DNA of 64,000 bases from Albugo candida (Eukaryota). Shown here piece after piece: positions 35,736 to 47,983 of this stretch; positions within the stretch are counted from its first letter, which is position 1, and each line of letters begins with the position of its first letter. Made by a program: the position numbers and the translations under genes. The stretch is from the NCBI GenBank assembly GCA_040437565.1, contig JBDOQK010000005.1, positions 62,001 to 126,000 of the forward strand, given 5' to 3'. The notes under the pieces were generated by a model, which was not told the DNA's origin, searched no databases, and saw only the letters and a program-made list of their open reading frames with translations.

Positions 35736-37318
35736 ATGGCGTCCCAATATCAGTCCGCGTCATGGGAACCAAGTCTCAACAGGATATCTAAAGTACCCAT
35801 GGTCAAAACTTTGCAATCGAACCCGTCGGAAAGACTGCGGGCATCCAACAGCGACGAAACTCATCCCATGAGCGTTTTAAGCCCCATGACCCGAGCTTTT
35901 ATGAAGAACACAGCACTAGGAAACGCATGCAGATGCTCCTTCAACTTGGAACCGAATACCATCAATCTGAATCAGAATTGCTACGGAACGGCGATCAAGC
36001 CCGGTACTTATCAAATGTATCAAATGCGAAAGGCGTTCAATGACAAGTGTTTGGCTTTATAGTGTTACAAGCACAAGCGCATTTTGTGGATCGAATGGAA
36101 ATGAACCCGGATCGATTTTTTAGGAAAGAATGTCCAGGATTACTGCGAAGTGCTGCGACCGAACTTGCGCGATTTCTGGATGCAAATGCCGATGATGTGG
36201 TATTTGTAACAAACGCCACAACAGGGATCAATGCTGTATTGCGATCAGTAGATTTGCAGGAAGGAGATGAAGTGATATGTTTGGATCTTACGTGTACGTT
36301 TTGCTATATGGTCGTTTGGTCTATTGGTACTATTGAGTTGTTTCATTAGATCCGGCGGTTTTAAATACGTTGAGACATCTGTGCTACTGCACGCAAGAAT
36401 TCGTAGAGCTCAAGGTCGTTGATGTTCATCTACCCATTGAGAGTTATGACGCCCTAGTGAAAAATGTGGAATCGTCTATCACGAAGAATACAAGGCTGGC
36501 AGTGCTGGATCATATTGCAAGCTCAACGGGCTTTGTGCTTCCGTTAAAGCAGCTGATATCGATGTTCCATGCAAGAAATATACCAGTATTAGTTGATGGA
36601 GCAAGCGCACCAGGACAGCTTCCACTGAGCTTGAGAAATATAGGAGCAGACTTTTATGTCGGTACTTGCTACAAATGGCTCTTCGGATCAAAATCATGCT
36701 CATTTTTATACGTTTCGAAAGACTTCCAGGTAAGTTTTGATTCGATATGGATAATTTACTCGCATTGTGGCTTGACATTTATGATTGATGTAGAACACAG
36801 TACAACCCGTCGTGACATCCTTAGGATATGGGCAAGGATTTATAGAAGACTTTGCAATCCAAGGTACCCGTGACGAATGCAACTTTTTGACGATCATCAC
36901 CGCTCTCGATTGCTATCGCTCAATTGGCCCTGCCCGGATTTATGCCCACAATAAAGCGTTGATGGATTGGGCAAGTGCGTACCTTGCAAACTTGTGGTCG
37001 ACTTATGAGCTATTGCCTCCATGGCAACGGGCACCTTTTGTCAGTAACATCCAATTGCCCATTGATATTTCTGATGTGCAATGTGGCAAAGCATTGACAC
37101 AAGAGAATATTTCATCCATTTGCAGTGTGCTGATGGACTTACTGATGGATCGATTTGGTATACTTGTCCGAGTCGCTTTTTTCCAAGGAGCTTTTTTCGT
37201 GCGTATTAGTGCCCAAATTTACAACGAGCGAAGTGATTACGAGCAATTAGGAGCTGCGATTTTGGACATTACCAGGGGAAAGCCACTGTGCGATTACTTT
37301 TCGGATTTGATTATATGA
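35736..37318 (+). CDS. Class-V PLP-dependent C-S lyase (isopenicillin-N epimerase / cysteine desulfhydrase / Egt2-like), 4 exons
   Basis: VFVTNATTGINAVLRS, LAVLDHIAS, VLVDGASAPGQ, ADFYVGTCYKWLF, QGTRD, VRISAQIYNERSDY; first intron 36004-36062. Confidence 0.85.
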
Positions 37319-37467
37319 AAAAAAGCGTCGTAGTCGAAAATTCATCGATTTCGACTTTGGTGGCGTCGAGTCTGAGAGAAATGATAACAAATAAATCACT
37401 CGCTTTAACGACTCTGTTTACAATCTTGCATTGTGCTGTTCATACAGAGCCTTGACATTGTCCATAC

Positions 37468-38787
37468 TCACTCTCGATCATTATCAAGCGAGGTTGTACG
37501 GTGTTGTCGTCTAGCTTGTAACATGTACGAGTATTCTGCTAGAAAACGATTCGCTCCAATTCCAAAAGTATCTTTGTGAATGAGGTAATGCCGTTTGCTT
37601 TTTTTTCCAGGTGCGCTTAATCGAAACGCTGTTCCATTTGTGCTGTTCATATCCGTGATGTAAAATCCATCTCCTAAATGCGAAAACACACAATGACGAC
37701 CGGATATCGAGGCATCTTCTGGAATGCATAAAGCGTTGCTGCTTTTCCGACCAAGTGTAACAGGAGTAGGCCCGATTGTCTGACAAATACCAATCATCGG
37801 CCCTTCTACAAATTCTATCCGAAGAAGTGGCTTTTTGGTGCATACATCCTCGTGTATCGTGATGACCTTCATTTCCGTATCGCCAACTTTAACTCGATCA
37901 TCTACTTGTAGTAGCTTTGGAACATTTGGTCGTATATATATAAAAGTACCGGTCACGCTTCCAAGATCTCGCAAGTAGTATTCCTTCTCCATCGGTTCAT
38001 ATCGTATCTCAAAGTGACTTCGGCTCACAAATGGGTCGTCCAATATAATTTGATTGGAATGGTGTCGTCCACCTCTGGCCCCTTCTCTTGGATTGATGAC
38101 TAATCGAGCCTTTTTCTGGTATTCCATTTGGTTGTATTTGGACTGTAACGCATGGAAATTAAGTGATTTTGTCGATGTTTTCGATATCATCTTGGCGCAA
38201 GACGAGCGTCGTTTTGGTAGAAGCGAACTGACAATCAAAAGGTCAAATATATCAATTTTCTCTTGGGCTCTTTCCCACTCATTCTGCGCCTCCTGCCCCC
38301 AATCGAATACGCTTGGAAAGAAATAATTCTTCAGAATTGATGAGCGACAAAGCCATCGAGTGGTTGACTTCAAAATTACGAAAGTGGCAAGGATCTGGGC
38401 GCATAGATGATAGATCGGACCATGAATGTTGTACCAGCGCAATACAAGCAAAATGGTGCACCAAACCAAAAGACTTGAAATGAGTATTAACATCCATCGA
38501 AGAAAGAAGATACTGTGTAGGATATTCGATGGTATAGAGTACAGCAGTATGTGATCACTTAGTCCATTGCTACTCGTCAGTTGCGAGGTCTCGATAAAAG
38601 TATTATTATGTACTGCATACGATATCGTTTGGAAGCCTGAGACATATCTAGCAATGATTCTAAGCATATACGCGCTTGAACACAGCAAACATGTGATATA
38701 CGCGATTACTAATAGTCCCTTGTGGTTGAAAGTGCGCTTTCCACAATGAGACAAACGTTCCGACTTTGGTTGAGACGTGAGTTTCAT
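37468..38787 (-). CDS. Membrane protein with tandem FHA domains
   Basis: About 3 hydrophobic N-terminal segments. FHA1: GGRHHSN..VSRSH..LRDLGSVTGT. FHA2: LGRKSSN..ISGRH..TDMNSTNGT. Confidence 0.85.
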   Translation of the reverse strand: MKLTSQPKSERLSHCGKRTFNHKGLLVIAYITCLLCSSAYMLRIIARYVSGFQTISYAVHNNTFIETSQLTSSNGLSDHILLYSIPSNILHSIFFLRWMLILISSLLVWCTILLVLRWYNIHGPIYHLCAQILATFVILKSTTRWLCRSSILKNYFFPSVFDWGQEAQNEWERAQEKIDIFDLLIVSSLLPKRRSSCAKMISKTSTKSLNFHALQSKYNQMEYQKKARLVINPREGARGGRHHSNQIILDDPFVSRSHFEIRYEPMEKEYYLRDLGSVTGTFIYIRPNVPKLLQVDDRVKVGDTEMKVITIHEDVCTKKPLLRIEFVEGPMIGICQTIGPTPVTLGRKSSNALCIPEDASISGRHCVFSHLGDGFYITDMNSTNGTAFRLSAPGKKSKRHYLIHKDTFGIGANRFLAEYSYMLQARRQHRTTSLDNDRE

Positions 38788-38846
38788 CGATATGATACAT
38801 TGGGTAATGTTGCTCGAATGTGAGTGTCGTCATTGATTCGCAAGAA

Positions 38847-40295
38847 ATGCTTTGGCCCCTTTGGCTCTTGCTGCCAACATTTGTTCTTTATGTGTGGAAA
38901 AAAAGGAATGAGTACTCGCGTCGTAGATACTGTAGCGCATTGGGAAGTAGTGAGACTAAGGATAGCTCAACCAAGCGCACAGTGACAGTCGGAATCTTTC
39001 ATCCGTACGCTGACGGCGGCGGTGGAGGGGAACGTGTGCTATATTGCGCTCTAGTATCGCTAATTGAGCATTTCTCAGTAAAACGACCGCATCAACATCT
39101 TCGAATCGTTCTATTCATGGGCGATGATGTAAGTAAACGTGAGCTGATCCAGAAAGCGGCTCTACAATTCAATTTACCGCAACTGACCAAAGTCGAGCAA
39201 CACTTACATCTCGTGATGCTGAAAAATCGTGAGCTATTAGAGCCTTCAAGATACCCTCGATTTACTCTGTTTTGGCAGAGCGTAGCTCATGTTCGCGTCG
39301 CCCATCATGCTTTTCACCAAGGCGAACGCACAGGATACTTTCCGCAGTATTGGATCGATACAACAGGATGCCCATTCTCGTACCCGGTTGCAAAATACTT
39401 TTCCGGGTGCAAAGTGATCGCATACGTTCATTACCCCATGATTTCGAGTGATATGACTCAACGAGTGCGTTATAGAACCGCAGACTTCAATAATGATGCA
39501 ATCATTGCTAACTCATCGCTTCGATCGAAGTGCAAGTACATTTATTATCAACTGTTTTCTGGGATTTATTATATCGCTGGCTGCTTTACTGACCGGGTTA
39601 TGGTCAACTCAACGTGGACATACGAGCATATCCGCCACATGTGGCGGATTGAAGCAGATATTGTTTATCCACCCTGTGGCGATATGTCAAACAGTACCGA
39701 TATTAACACAGAAAGAAAACCTTGGATACTATCTATCTCACAATTCCGACCTGAAAAGAATCAGCTTCTTCAATTGCAGGCGATGCATTGGCTGCTACAG
39801 AATTACAAAGACGAAATCGATCAATCTTTTCCGATGATGAAGTTAGTTTTGCTTGGGAGTTGTCGTAACGAGGACGATGCAAAGAGAGTCGATTGGCTTA
39901 GAGAAAAAGCTAAAGAATATGGAATCGCAGATAATGTGGCCTTTGTCGTAAATGCGAGTTTTCAACAGCTGACGGATTATTTACAAATGTGTACGGTGGG
40001 CATTCACACTATGTGTAAGGAGCATTTCGGCATTGGTATTGTTGAAATGATGGCAGCTGGATTGATTGTAGTCGCCCATAACTCAGGTGGACCAGCTTCA
40101 GACATTATTCAAGAAGGAACCGGTTATCTAGCAGATACTGTTGAGGAATACGGTCAGCACATTTACAATATCCTGAAGACACCACCGCTAAAACTTGTGA
40201 AGATGCAGCAAGTCAGCGCAGCTTCAGTGAGACGTCGCTTTTCTGATGCACAATTTTGTCGAAAATTATCGGGTGTGTGGGATAGTATCATGTAG
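38847..40295 (+). CDS. ALG11: GDP-Man:Man3GlcNAc2-PP-Dol alpha-1,2-mannosyltransferase
   Basis: GIFHPYADGGGGGERVL, YPRFTLFWQS, IDTTG, AYVHYPMISSDM, MVNSTWT, QFRPEKN, EHFGIGIVEMMAAG..HNSGGP. Confidence 0.95.
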   Translation: MLWPLWLLLPTFVLYVWKKRNEYSRRRYCSALGSSETKDSSTKRTVTVGIFHPYADGGGGGERVLYCALVSLIEHFSVKRPHQHLRIVLFMGDDVSKRELIQKAALQFNLPQLTKVEQHLHLVMLKNRELLEPSRYPRFTLFWQSVAHVRVAHHAFHQGERTGYFPQYWIDTTGCPFSYPVAKYFSGCKVIAYVHYPMISSDMTQRVRYRTADFNNDAIIANSSLRSKCKYIYYQLFSGIYYIAGCFTDRVMVNSTWTYEHIRHMWRIEADIVYPPCGDMSNSTDINTERKPWILSISQFRPEKNQLLQLQAMHWLLQNYKDEIDQSFPMMKLVLLGSCRNEDDAKRVDWLREKAKEYGIADNVAFVVNASFQQLTDYLQMCTVGIHTMCKEHFGIGIVEMMAAGLIVVAHNSGGPASDIIQEGTGYLADTVEEYGQHIYNILKTPPLKLVKMQQVSAASVRRRFSDAQFCRKLSGVWDSIM

Positions 40296-42579
40296 TCCTT
40301 TGAAAGCTCATAAACACTTGGAAAGGTTTTCGAAGCGTGCAATAAAGCGAGTATTCAAGACAACCAGTTTCATTTCGAAGCAAACATTCTGATTAGATGT
40401 TTTCTGAAGGGGTTATGTATGCCAAAGTTAAGAAGAGTGGCAGCGTCTTCTTACGCGGAAAACTATTGCAGCAGTATGCAGCATTAGAAGAAACTGGAGA
40501 GTGTTGTGATTGTGAGCCATTTCAAAGATTCTACTCCGAATCGTATGTTTCATGCTCGTACTGCTGGCTTTATCGATAAAGCCTGATTCGAGATCTTCGA
40601 GATGAGTATTCTCGATACTTGTAATGACATGTGTAAAATATAAGCGTGGGATCTTTCGATTAGCGCATACCCGCTTATCGATTTCGAGGCCTAACTGACT
40701 AGATTTCGAGGAAAAGACAGGGAGTTAATCTCCAGTACACTAATTTCATTCAGCATTTAATCTTTCCCGATTTTTAATCGAATTTTATGTGAAAGCCGTA
40801 CCCATATCCGTCCTTGAACTGGATCACGTGATCCTTGAAGTAGGTGATCATTTCATCGGTGAGTGTACGAATGAATGCTATCGAACTATTGCCTCAATTT
40901 CGTGCTTCTGGCTTCGTAACGTCATGGTGATGCTTGTATTTTCTATCAAACTCACTACGAAATGACTGGTTTGAGAGTGTTAGGTACTGTATATGCCAGG
41001 AATCAGTACATACACTGTACCGCCCAACAAAGATTACAAAGGCTTGTGCGGGCGGTAGAAGACCAATAATTGGTCAAAGCTATGCAATCATCAAGTAATC
41101 CGTACGTCCAATAATTAGCGCTTGGCGTGATAAGGTGCAAAAGCTCTTCACTCGGTTAAGCACGGTTAATCCTACCCAGTACAGTCAGAAATATGGTGCT
41201 ACATGATGGGGCCAAGCACTCGAGCGCATACACCGCAAACAAATGATTCGACTCGGAAGTGATGACGAAGACTAATCGGGTGGAAATATATATTCGCTGA
41301 CTTCACCATAATTGGCGTCCTGAGTAGGGCACTTGTGCGAACAGCGCCATCCAAAAAGCCCCTATTACATTAAATAATCACCAACTTGGATAACGGATTC
41401 GATGTAACAAGCGTCAGTATAGGGACCCAGGAAGTTCAATATAGTGCACAAGTCACACAAAGTGCAATTATTTGTGGATCAAGTTCGACAAGCTGGTACG
41501 ACTAGAATACTTCGTGCTGGCGACAATTGTACCAATCACGAGGAATTCAAAGAAATCAATGAAGTACGCACACACAAGGCATCGAATGGATAGTCTTGAA
41601 GCGACATCGTGAGCACACTAAATGAACGATAAAAAGAATGAAGCGATATGATAGCCCGAATGGACAAAGTGATCGGACAAGTATGATATGCTCGTAAAAA
41701 CTTGATTTGCTGCTGTTCTTGTGTGGGCCAGCCTCAGAGGTCAGGATAGCGTGAAGAGCGGGGTTTTAGTGTGTGCTAGTAACTGCATCGGAAGAAACTT
41801 CAAACGGAGATAGTGTTCACAAAAAAGCTTATATTGGAAGTAGTGAAAGAGCATGTCCGAGATACGTTTATCTATGTGATGGTGCGCCTCCACGCATGGC
41901 GGATATATATTCGCCCAATCTGAACAGCATGATATGAAGAGAAGCTGGTAGTACATCAGAAATTTCTCTCGAATCGGTGAATGCTACACGTTAGTTCTGA
42001 CTCACGACACATCGAGGGCAAAAGAGTAGACTGGCTTTTAAAAAATTCACTTCTTGTAGTGTAATATCAATACTTTCATCCTTGTCTAGTCCATCAGGAA
42101 AAGCACTCGAGCAAAATCAAACGAGTTAAATGCCAGGTAGACCGACTAGCGATCATGTAATGTGAGCTGCAGAAATAAATATTTGACGAATCATGGCTGC
42201 TTAGGGGCTCGCATCTTGCATACGGATGCCCAAAGGTGTCTTTGATGTCATCTAACAAGACTTCTATCGGATATGTAGTTGCAATTAGGCTGCGGTTAGT
42301 GGAGCATCAGAAACACATTTTTGTCCGTATATTGCCGATAGCTGTAATTCATTGCACTAATGTACCTCCACTGGCACTACAATAATCTGTGGGAGTAACG
42401 ATTTGCTAGTTGCAATTTTCAAATGGTGTCCAACTTGACTAGATTCCGTTACTTACAAATGAAAAAGGAAATTTTACAGNNNNNNNNNNNNNNNNNNNNN
42501 NNNNNNNNNNNNNNNNNNNNNNNNNNNNNNNNNNNNNNNNNNNNNNNNNNNNNNNNNNNNNNNNNNNNNNNNNNNNNNN

Positions 42580-43161
42580 GGCGGATATATATTCGCCCAA
42601 TCTGAACAGCATGATATGAAGAGAAGCTGGTAGTACATCAGAAATTTCTCTCGAATCGGTGAATGCTACACGTTAGTTCTGACTCACGACACATCGAGGG
42701 CAAAAGAGTAGACTGGCTTTTAAAAAATTCACTTCTTGTAGTGTAATATCAATACTTTCATCCTTGTCTAGTCCATCAGGAAAAGCACTCGAGCAAAATC
42801 AAACGAGTTAAATGCCAGGTAGACCGACTAGCGATCATGTAATGTGAGCTGCAGAAATAAATATTTGACGAATCATGGCTGCTTAGGGGCTCGCATCTTG
42901 CATACGGATGCCCAAAGGTGTCTTTGATGTCATCTAACAAGACTTCTATCGGATATGTAGTTGCAATTAGGCTGCGGTTAGTGGAGCATCAGAAACACAT
43001 TTTTGTCCGTATATTGCCGATAGCTGTAATTCATTGCACTAATGTACCTCCACTGGCACTACAATAATCTGTGGGAGTAACGATTTGCTAGTTGTAATTT
43101 TCAAATGGTGTCCAACTTGACTAGATTCCGTTACTTACAAATGAAAAAGGAAATTTTACAG
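42580..43161. repeat. Gap-flanking duplicate of 41898-42479
   Basis: Offset 682; identical as far as I compared, except C42413 vs T43095. Confidence 0.9.
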
Positions 43162-43374
43162 AGGACTGACGTGGGTAATCTCTCGCTTATGTTTGTGCAT
43201 CATTTACCTCTATGGCCAGCCATCCCATCTTAGTAGTTTATAAAAGAATATTCGAATTAGAGGGTAATTGGGACAAAGAGACAATTTTTGAAACGTATAC
43301 GTATGCATTAGAGAAGAGTTACAATTGTTGGATACACAAGCTTCCTAACACGCTCACACATCGACAGGAATTCA

Positions 43375-43875
43375 CTATTCTGCGGGACATTGAGTGAAGA
43401 AGAAGATTGCCAGTAAAACAAGAAAGTATTGTTCGTCACTTAGGTTTTCAAACGCTAAAGAGATCATAGCTTTAAATGCCGGATACTTCGTTTTGATCGA
43501 CCGCTCCATTGTTTCCGTATAACTTTCTCTCTCTTGGTCTTGGTAAGCTGGATAGATCGTGTGGAGCTGAATACCAACACTAATATCCACATGGAGGAGA
43601 CCAAGAGCTTCTACCTCGAGATGTAGCCCAATACTCTGCAGAATTGATATAATGGTTCCATGAAACATCATGTCACATTGACATGTTGATTGTTTCGTTG
43701 GTTTCTGCAGCCACGACTCACAATCAATCTGAGAAGGCATTGAGGGGCAGGTCGCTTTTTTCCCCCAGGGTAGCTCAACATCTATTTCTATAGAAGTAAG
43801 TGAGCGTATTGAGTTGCTGGCGTTCGCAGTGGTGAGAAGGAGTGCTCCAGCGACGATGAATGCGGTAAGGACCAT
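43375..43875 (-). CDS. Small secreted Cys-containing protein (166 aa), candidate effector, family member B
   Basis: Signal-peptide-like MVLTAFIVAGALLLTTANA|S, 5 Cys, intronless, intact within decayed sequence. Confidence 0.8.
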   Translation of the reverse strand: MVLTAFIVAGALLLTTANASNSIRSLTSIEIDVELPWGKKATCPSMPSQIDCESWLQKPTKQSTCQCDMMFHGTIISILQSIGLHLEVEALGLLHVDISVGIQLHTIYPAYQDQERESYTETMERSIKTKYPAFKAMISLAFENLSDEQYFLVLLAIFFFTQCPAE

Positions 43876-44340
43876 TGTTGGAGTTGTGTGAGTGGATATT
43901 GGATAATGAAAAGAATTAAAGAAACGTTAATCGAGTATAGTACAGGGCAATTGCGCCATCCATTGCATCAACAGCTGTTCATTGCGCTTCCATGGAGAGT
44001 TGAAGCTGAACCTATCTCGCTTGCATAGGGAGCCAAAAGTACTAGGTTCGATATCTATTATCATTTGAAGCATTATCTTGCCCGCTTGTAAAATAAAAGA
44101 TCTCTATACCACCCGCCCATCATTTAAGTAGATAGGCAATTCTCTAATCCATAGAAGTGAAGGAGAATTCCGCCCAATAATGTGCGTACCATTACATTTT
44201 AGATAGTAGGCGAATATTGACCCAGGTAGCTTGATTTTGATACTTGTTGGAATTATAGCAATAGCAAAGATAGAAACGTGATTAAGGCAACTCTTCGAGT
44301 TGGGGGGATAACATTCATTTTACCCAGTCCGAACCCGTTA
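43876..44340 (-). promoter_or_regulatory. Promoter region homologous to 55727-56220
   Basis: INR-like TTCATTATCCAATAT. 43934-43984 aligns to 55788-55837 at 44/51. Shared GCATAGGG and AAGATAGAAACGTGA blocks. Confidence 0.75.
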
Positions 44341-44499
44341 TAGAGCAGCACGCATGTAATGCATGAAAACCTTGCGCATTGAATGTTGATTGTATCTTGG
44401 ACTTTCTCACTTATAATACATAGGCTAGCCTAGCTCCTAATCCCCATCTGAGTCAAAGTCCTAGATTTACTACATTAGTCTATTTAGCTTTGATTGGTA

Positions 44500-46140
44500 T
44501 ATAATCCAGATGTTACAAACTCAGTGTGATGCGAATTGCATCGTTTCTCGCTGTCGGACCGATACAAATGATATAGATCACCATCATAAAAATGCTTGTA
44601 TATGTGTATCTGAATATCTGTCTTTGGCGGCGGCACGAGTCCTGCTCCAGATCTTTGTTGTTCTCCGTTTTCATCTCGTTCAACCTAAAAAGAAGCGCGT
44701 AATGCCAATGACCTTCGGATTGTCTTTTTTCTTCTGCATTGTTCATTTTTCTATAAAAGTCGGAATATTTTACACCACACTCTTGCATGACTATTTTCTA
44801 GTGACTTGATCAGATTTTTATAGGTAGATGTCGCTTACGGCAACTTCATATTAGCTCGGTATCGCTTCTACGGGCTCCTTTTCGTAGTAATGATTGGTCA
44901 AGTGATTTGCATGGTCCGAAGCGAGCCGAATTACATGTATAGCTGCCTTCAGTTAGGAAATCGTGCCTGGTGGTCTTCATGTTGTACCGTACGGTGGATA
45001 GTATGATAGCCTGCTCATCTGTTGATGTGACTATCGCAGTGCTAACCGCTTTTCAGAAATAACGGACTGGATCGAATCATATCACCTGATTGGCATTCAT
45101 CACTTATCGGCGAATTCGACGATCTGCATCATGATTATTGTATCTTAATTATTGTCGGCATCGGAATCACGATGCTAAAACTACAATTTTTTTATAAAAT
45201 GAGCTACCCCAGCGCGTTTTGCATCTTCAGTCTGTCCACGAATCCCTTATCCAGATAAGCCAGAAACGTATGACGAAATTTTTTCTTTCTAACGCTTAAG
45301 CCAGCACTCGCATTTCTTGACTGTTGGTGATTGATTGTAAAAGAAGGGTATTTTGTACAGATGTGGGGCAGATGTGCACAGCATACGTTGATCATTTCGC
45401 GATATTGAACCAGTACCTGCAGCTTCGACCACCATATATATTCGACATGTATGTATACGGTGAAGCATGGACCAAGCCGACACTAGCATTATTCCTGTTC
45501 AGACACGACTAGTTTCTTTGGCCTGACACATTTGGACTTCTACTCTCACCAGCTTCCAGCAAATGACTTGTATTATACAAAGTACACGATGAGCTATGAT
45601 TATGCTGCATAAAGTTGAGCATGAGATCCCGGAATAGTCATTCGAATTTTGTGATTGCATGGGCTCCGTGAAGATATATACCAGGTCACTTTCAATAAAC
45701 CCTTTCACAAATATCGTAGTCATCCTAATGCTTTACGACATTCTCCAATTCCTTCACACAATCTTCCATACTGATCACTAATCATCGCTGTAGATGTTGG
45801 AGCCGAGCATTCCAAATATATGCACTTACTGGACTTGATTGTTCTTTCTAATGTTCTGGTACATTTTGCATATTGCACTTGGTTCATTCTATTATGAAAA
45901 CATTTTCTTTCAGCACTGTATATCGGACATGAATCGCTAAGCTAGAACAGAATCATGCAGTGCTTTCTATATCCGAGGAGGCCTTCAATTTGACAACAGC
46001 ACTAAAGGTGCCAATAATGAATGTTTGAATTTCATCTCATCATCCGGAATCCAAATAGCGCCTGATTTGACCGCTAAAGCAGGAGGAACATCTGTCTACA
46101 AAAAGATACATGTGGCCCTGTCGAGAATCCAGCCTTCATG
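44500..46140 (-). pseudogene. Probable decayed CCG/CHxC-type effector
   Basis: Removing one T at 46076-46078 gives DRCSSCLAVKSGAIWI (CxxCLx4G). Later Cys-module-like fragments IEGLLGYRKHC and TCRIYMVVEAAG. Many stops. Confidence 0.35.
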
Positions 46141-47339
46141 AGTGCCCATGTGGCTTATAGACGTCTGCTCTCTTCTTCCTTATAGTGTTACCTCCCAATA
46201 GAACCTCGAGCCCCGGTTCAGTAATCTGAACGAAGTTAATGAGCTCCCTACCACATAGATTGGTAGTTGAATTTGAGATATTCTACAGCATCCTTACTCA
46301 TTAGCAATTGAATGTGGGGAGTTACGGAGTTCGTTGCACATGCTATGTCAAACGGTAGGATCATCTCGATAAATATCATATTTGATATGCGCTTCAGAAC
46401 ATTCGCCGTATGTTTGGACTAATCTTTGCCGCGATGATTGCAAAGGCCGTAACCGTAACGTCGTAGAAAATGATTGATTCAGCGGCTAGCGAACTTTAAT
46501 TGATGCTTTGACTTCACTGATGTGAGTTAGTAAACCTCTTTCATGCGATTTATATGTATGTCAGATTTTCGCATGAATAAATCCCTTTCTTATCATATAA
46601 TCGATCAAGCTTATCGAGTTAGGAGATTCTATTGGGAAATAACTTGACACTTATGGAAAAGGCTCCATAGTAGCCGATCTTCAAAATCCAAATGACTTTC
46701 TGGATAAGATTCGATGGCTTTAGCCTCTAGCTCTTTTGTCTATCACAAAAGATTGATAAAATATAACCGAAGCCGATACCTCGGAATATTTGCTCTTAGG
46801 AACAAAAAAGGGCTTCATCCAGTGCGACCAAAAATTGCAATTTGGAAACTACCTATTATGTTCTTCTGGATACATAAGTTTGTTGGTATATAATGCAGGA
46901 CATCTATAACCATCAACTATTTTAAAGGTCGTTCGAACTGTATCACAGCCAGTAGAATTTAGTTTAATCAAAATCTGGCTCTGCAAGAGGGAACTAGAGA
47001 TAGAAAGCTATAAGATTACAGAGAAGATTTATGCTTGGTTTAGTTTTGGCGAAGATATGGGATTTCTAAAAACCGAGAGATTTATAGGGATTTGGCTCAA
47101 GCAGCATGATTTTGGCCGGCCAAAAAATGAACCCCCAAAATAGGATAGCCAATCAGAGGACACCACATCTCACATTATAGCCAAGCAAATCGCTCAACGT
47201 CAAGGTAATCAACAACGTATATAATCACTTAGCACCTGTATAAAGAGTCGATCCCCGTAGCTATTTGATTACAGATTCAGTTTTTTTAAAGATCATATGT
47301 AAAATTCATTCATTATTTGCCCCAATCACGTTGATGTCT

Positions 47340-47983
47340 ATCATGATAGAGTTGGGAACTCGACGGTGGGATCGGTATTTCTTCACGGCGTATTCAGCAG
47401 CCTTCCCCATCAAATCCTTCTGATATACATCCATGTATCGAAAACATTTCTGTGCATGGAGTCGAATGGTTTTAAGGAGAACGGATACCAGAGCCTTGGG
47501 AACTGTGCTAGCCAGGCCTTTCCAGCTCTAGTCACAGTTTTTGCGAGCATAAATCTTGGCAGCACCCCAGAAGTTCTCAATGAAGTTTAACTCACAGTGA
47601 AACTTTGGATAAAATATTATCATGTGTTTGTGTCTAGCAGCAACGATTAGTTCTTCCAACATGCACTTCTGCTCCATGAAGTCATGTTCGTGGTCAATCG
47701 TATTTCTTGCACAGCACATTGTTGAGCCAAGGCACTTGTCATTGCAACGGAGGCGCATTCCATCTTTCCGCAGTCCTCTCTCAGTAAAACCACTTTCAAT
47801 CCCTTTGGCAACCCTGAAAGAGATAGAAGGGTTAAAAAACATGATTCAATGGATAGCATTTCAGCTCAATCGCTCTTTCACCTAGAAGAGTAACATCAGG
47901 ATGAGTTTCAGGGAAACACATTGGATGAACTGTGCCATCTTTCATTCTCCCATTGCGCATCTTCGGCTGTTTTCCACCTGATC
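47340..47983 (-). mobile_element. Decayed IS630/Tc1-mariner-related DDE transposase (C-terminal part), cut by a gap
   Basis: GGKQPKMRNG, GLPKGLKVVL/ERGL, CCARNTI..DFMEQKCMLEE..FYPKFHCELNFIENFWGAAKIYARKNCD, with frameshifts and stops. Confidence 0.8.
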
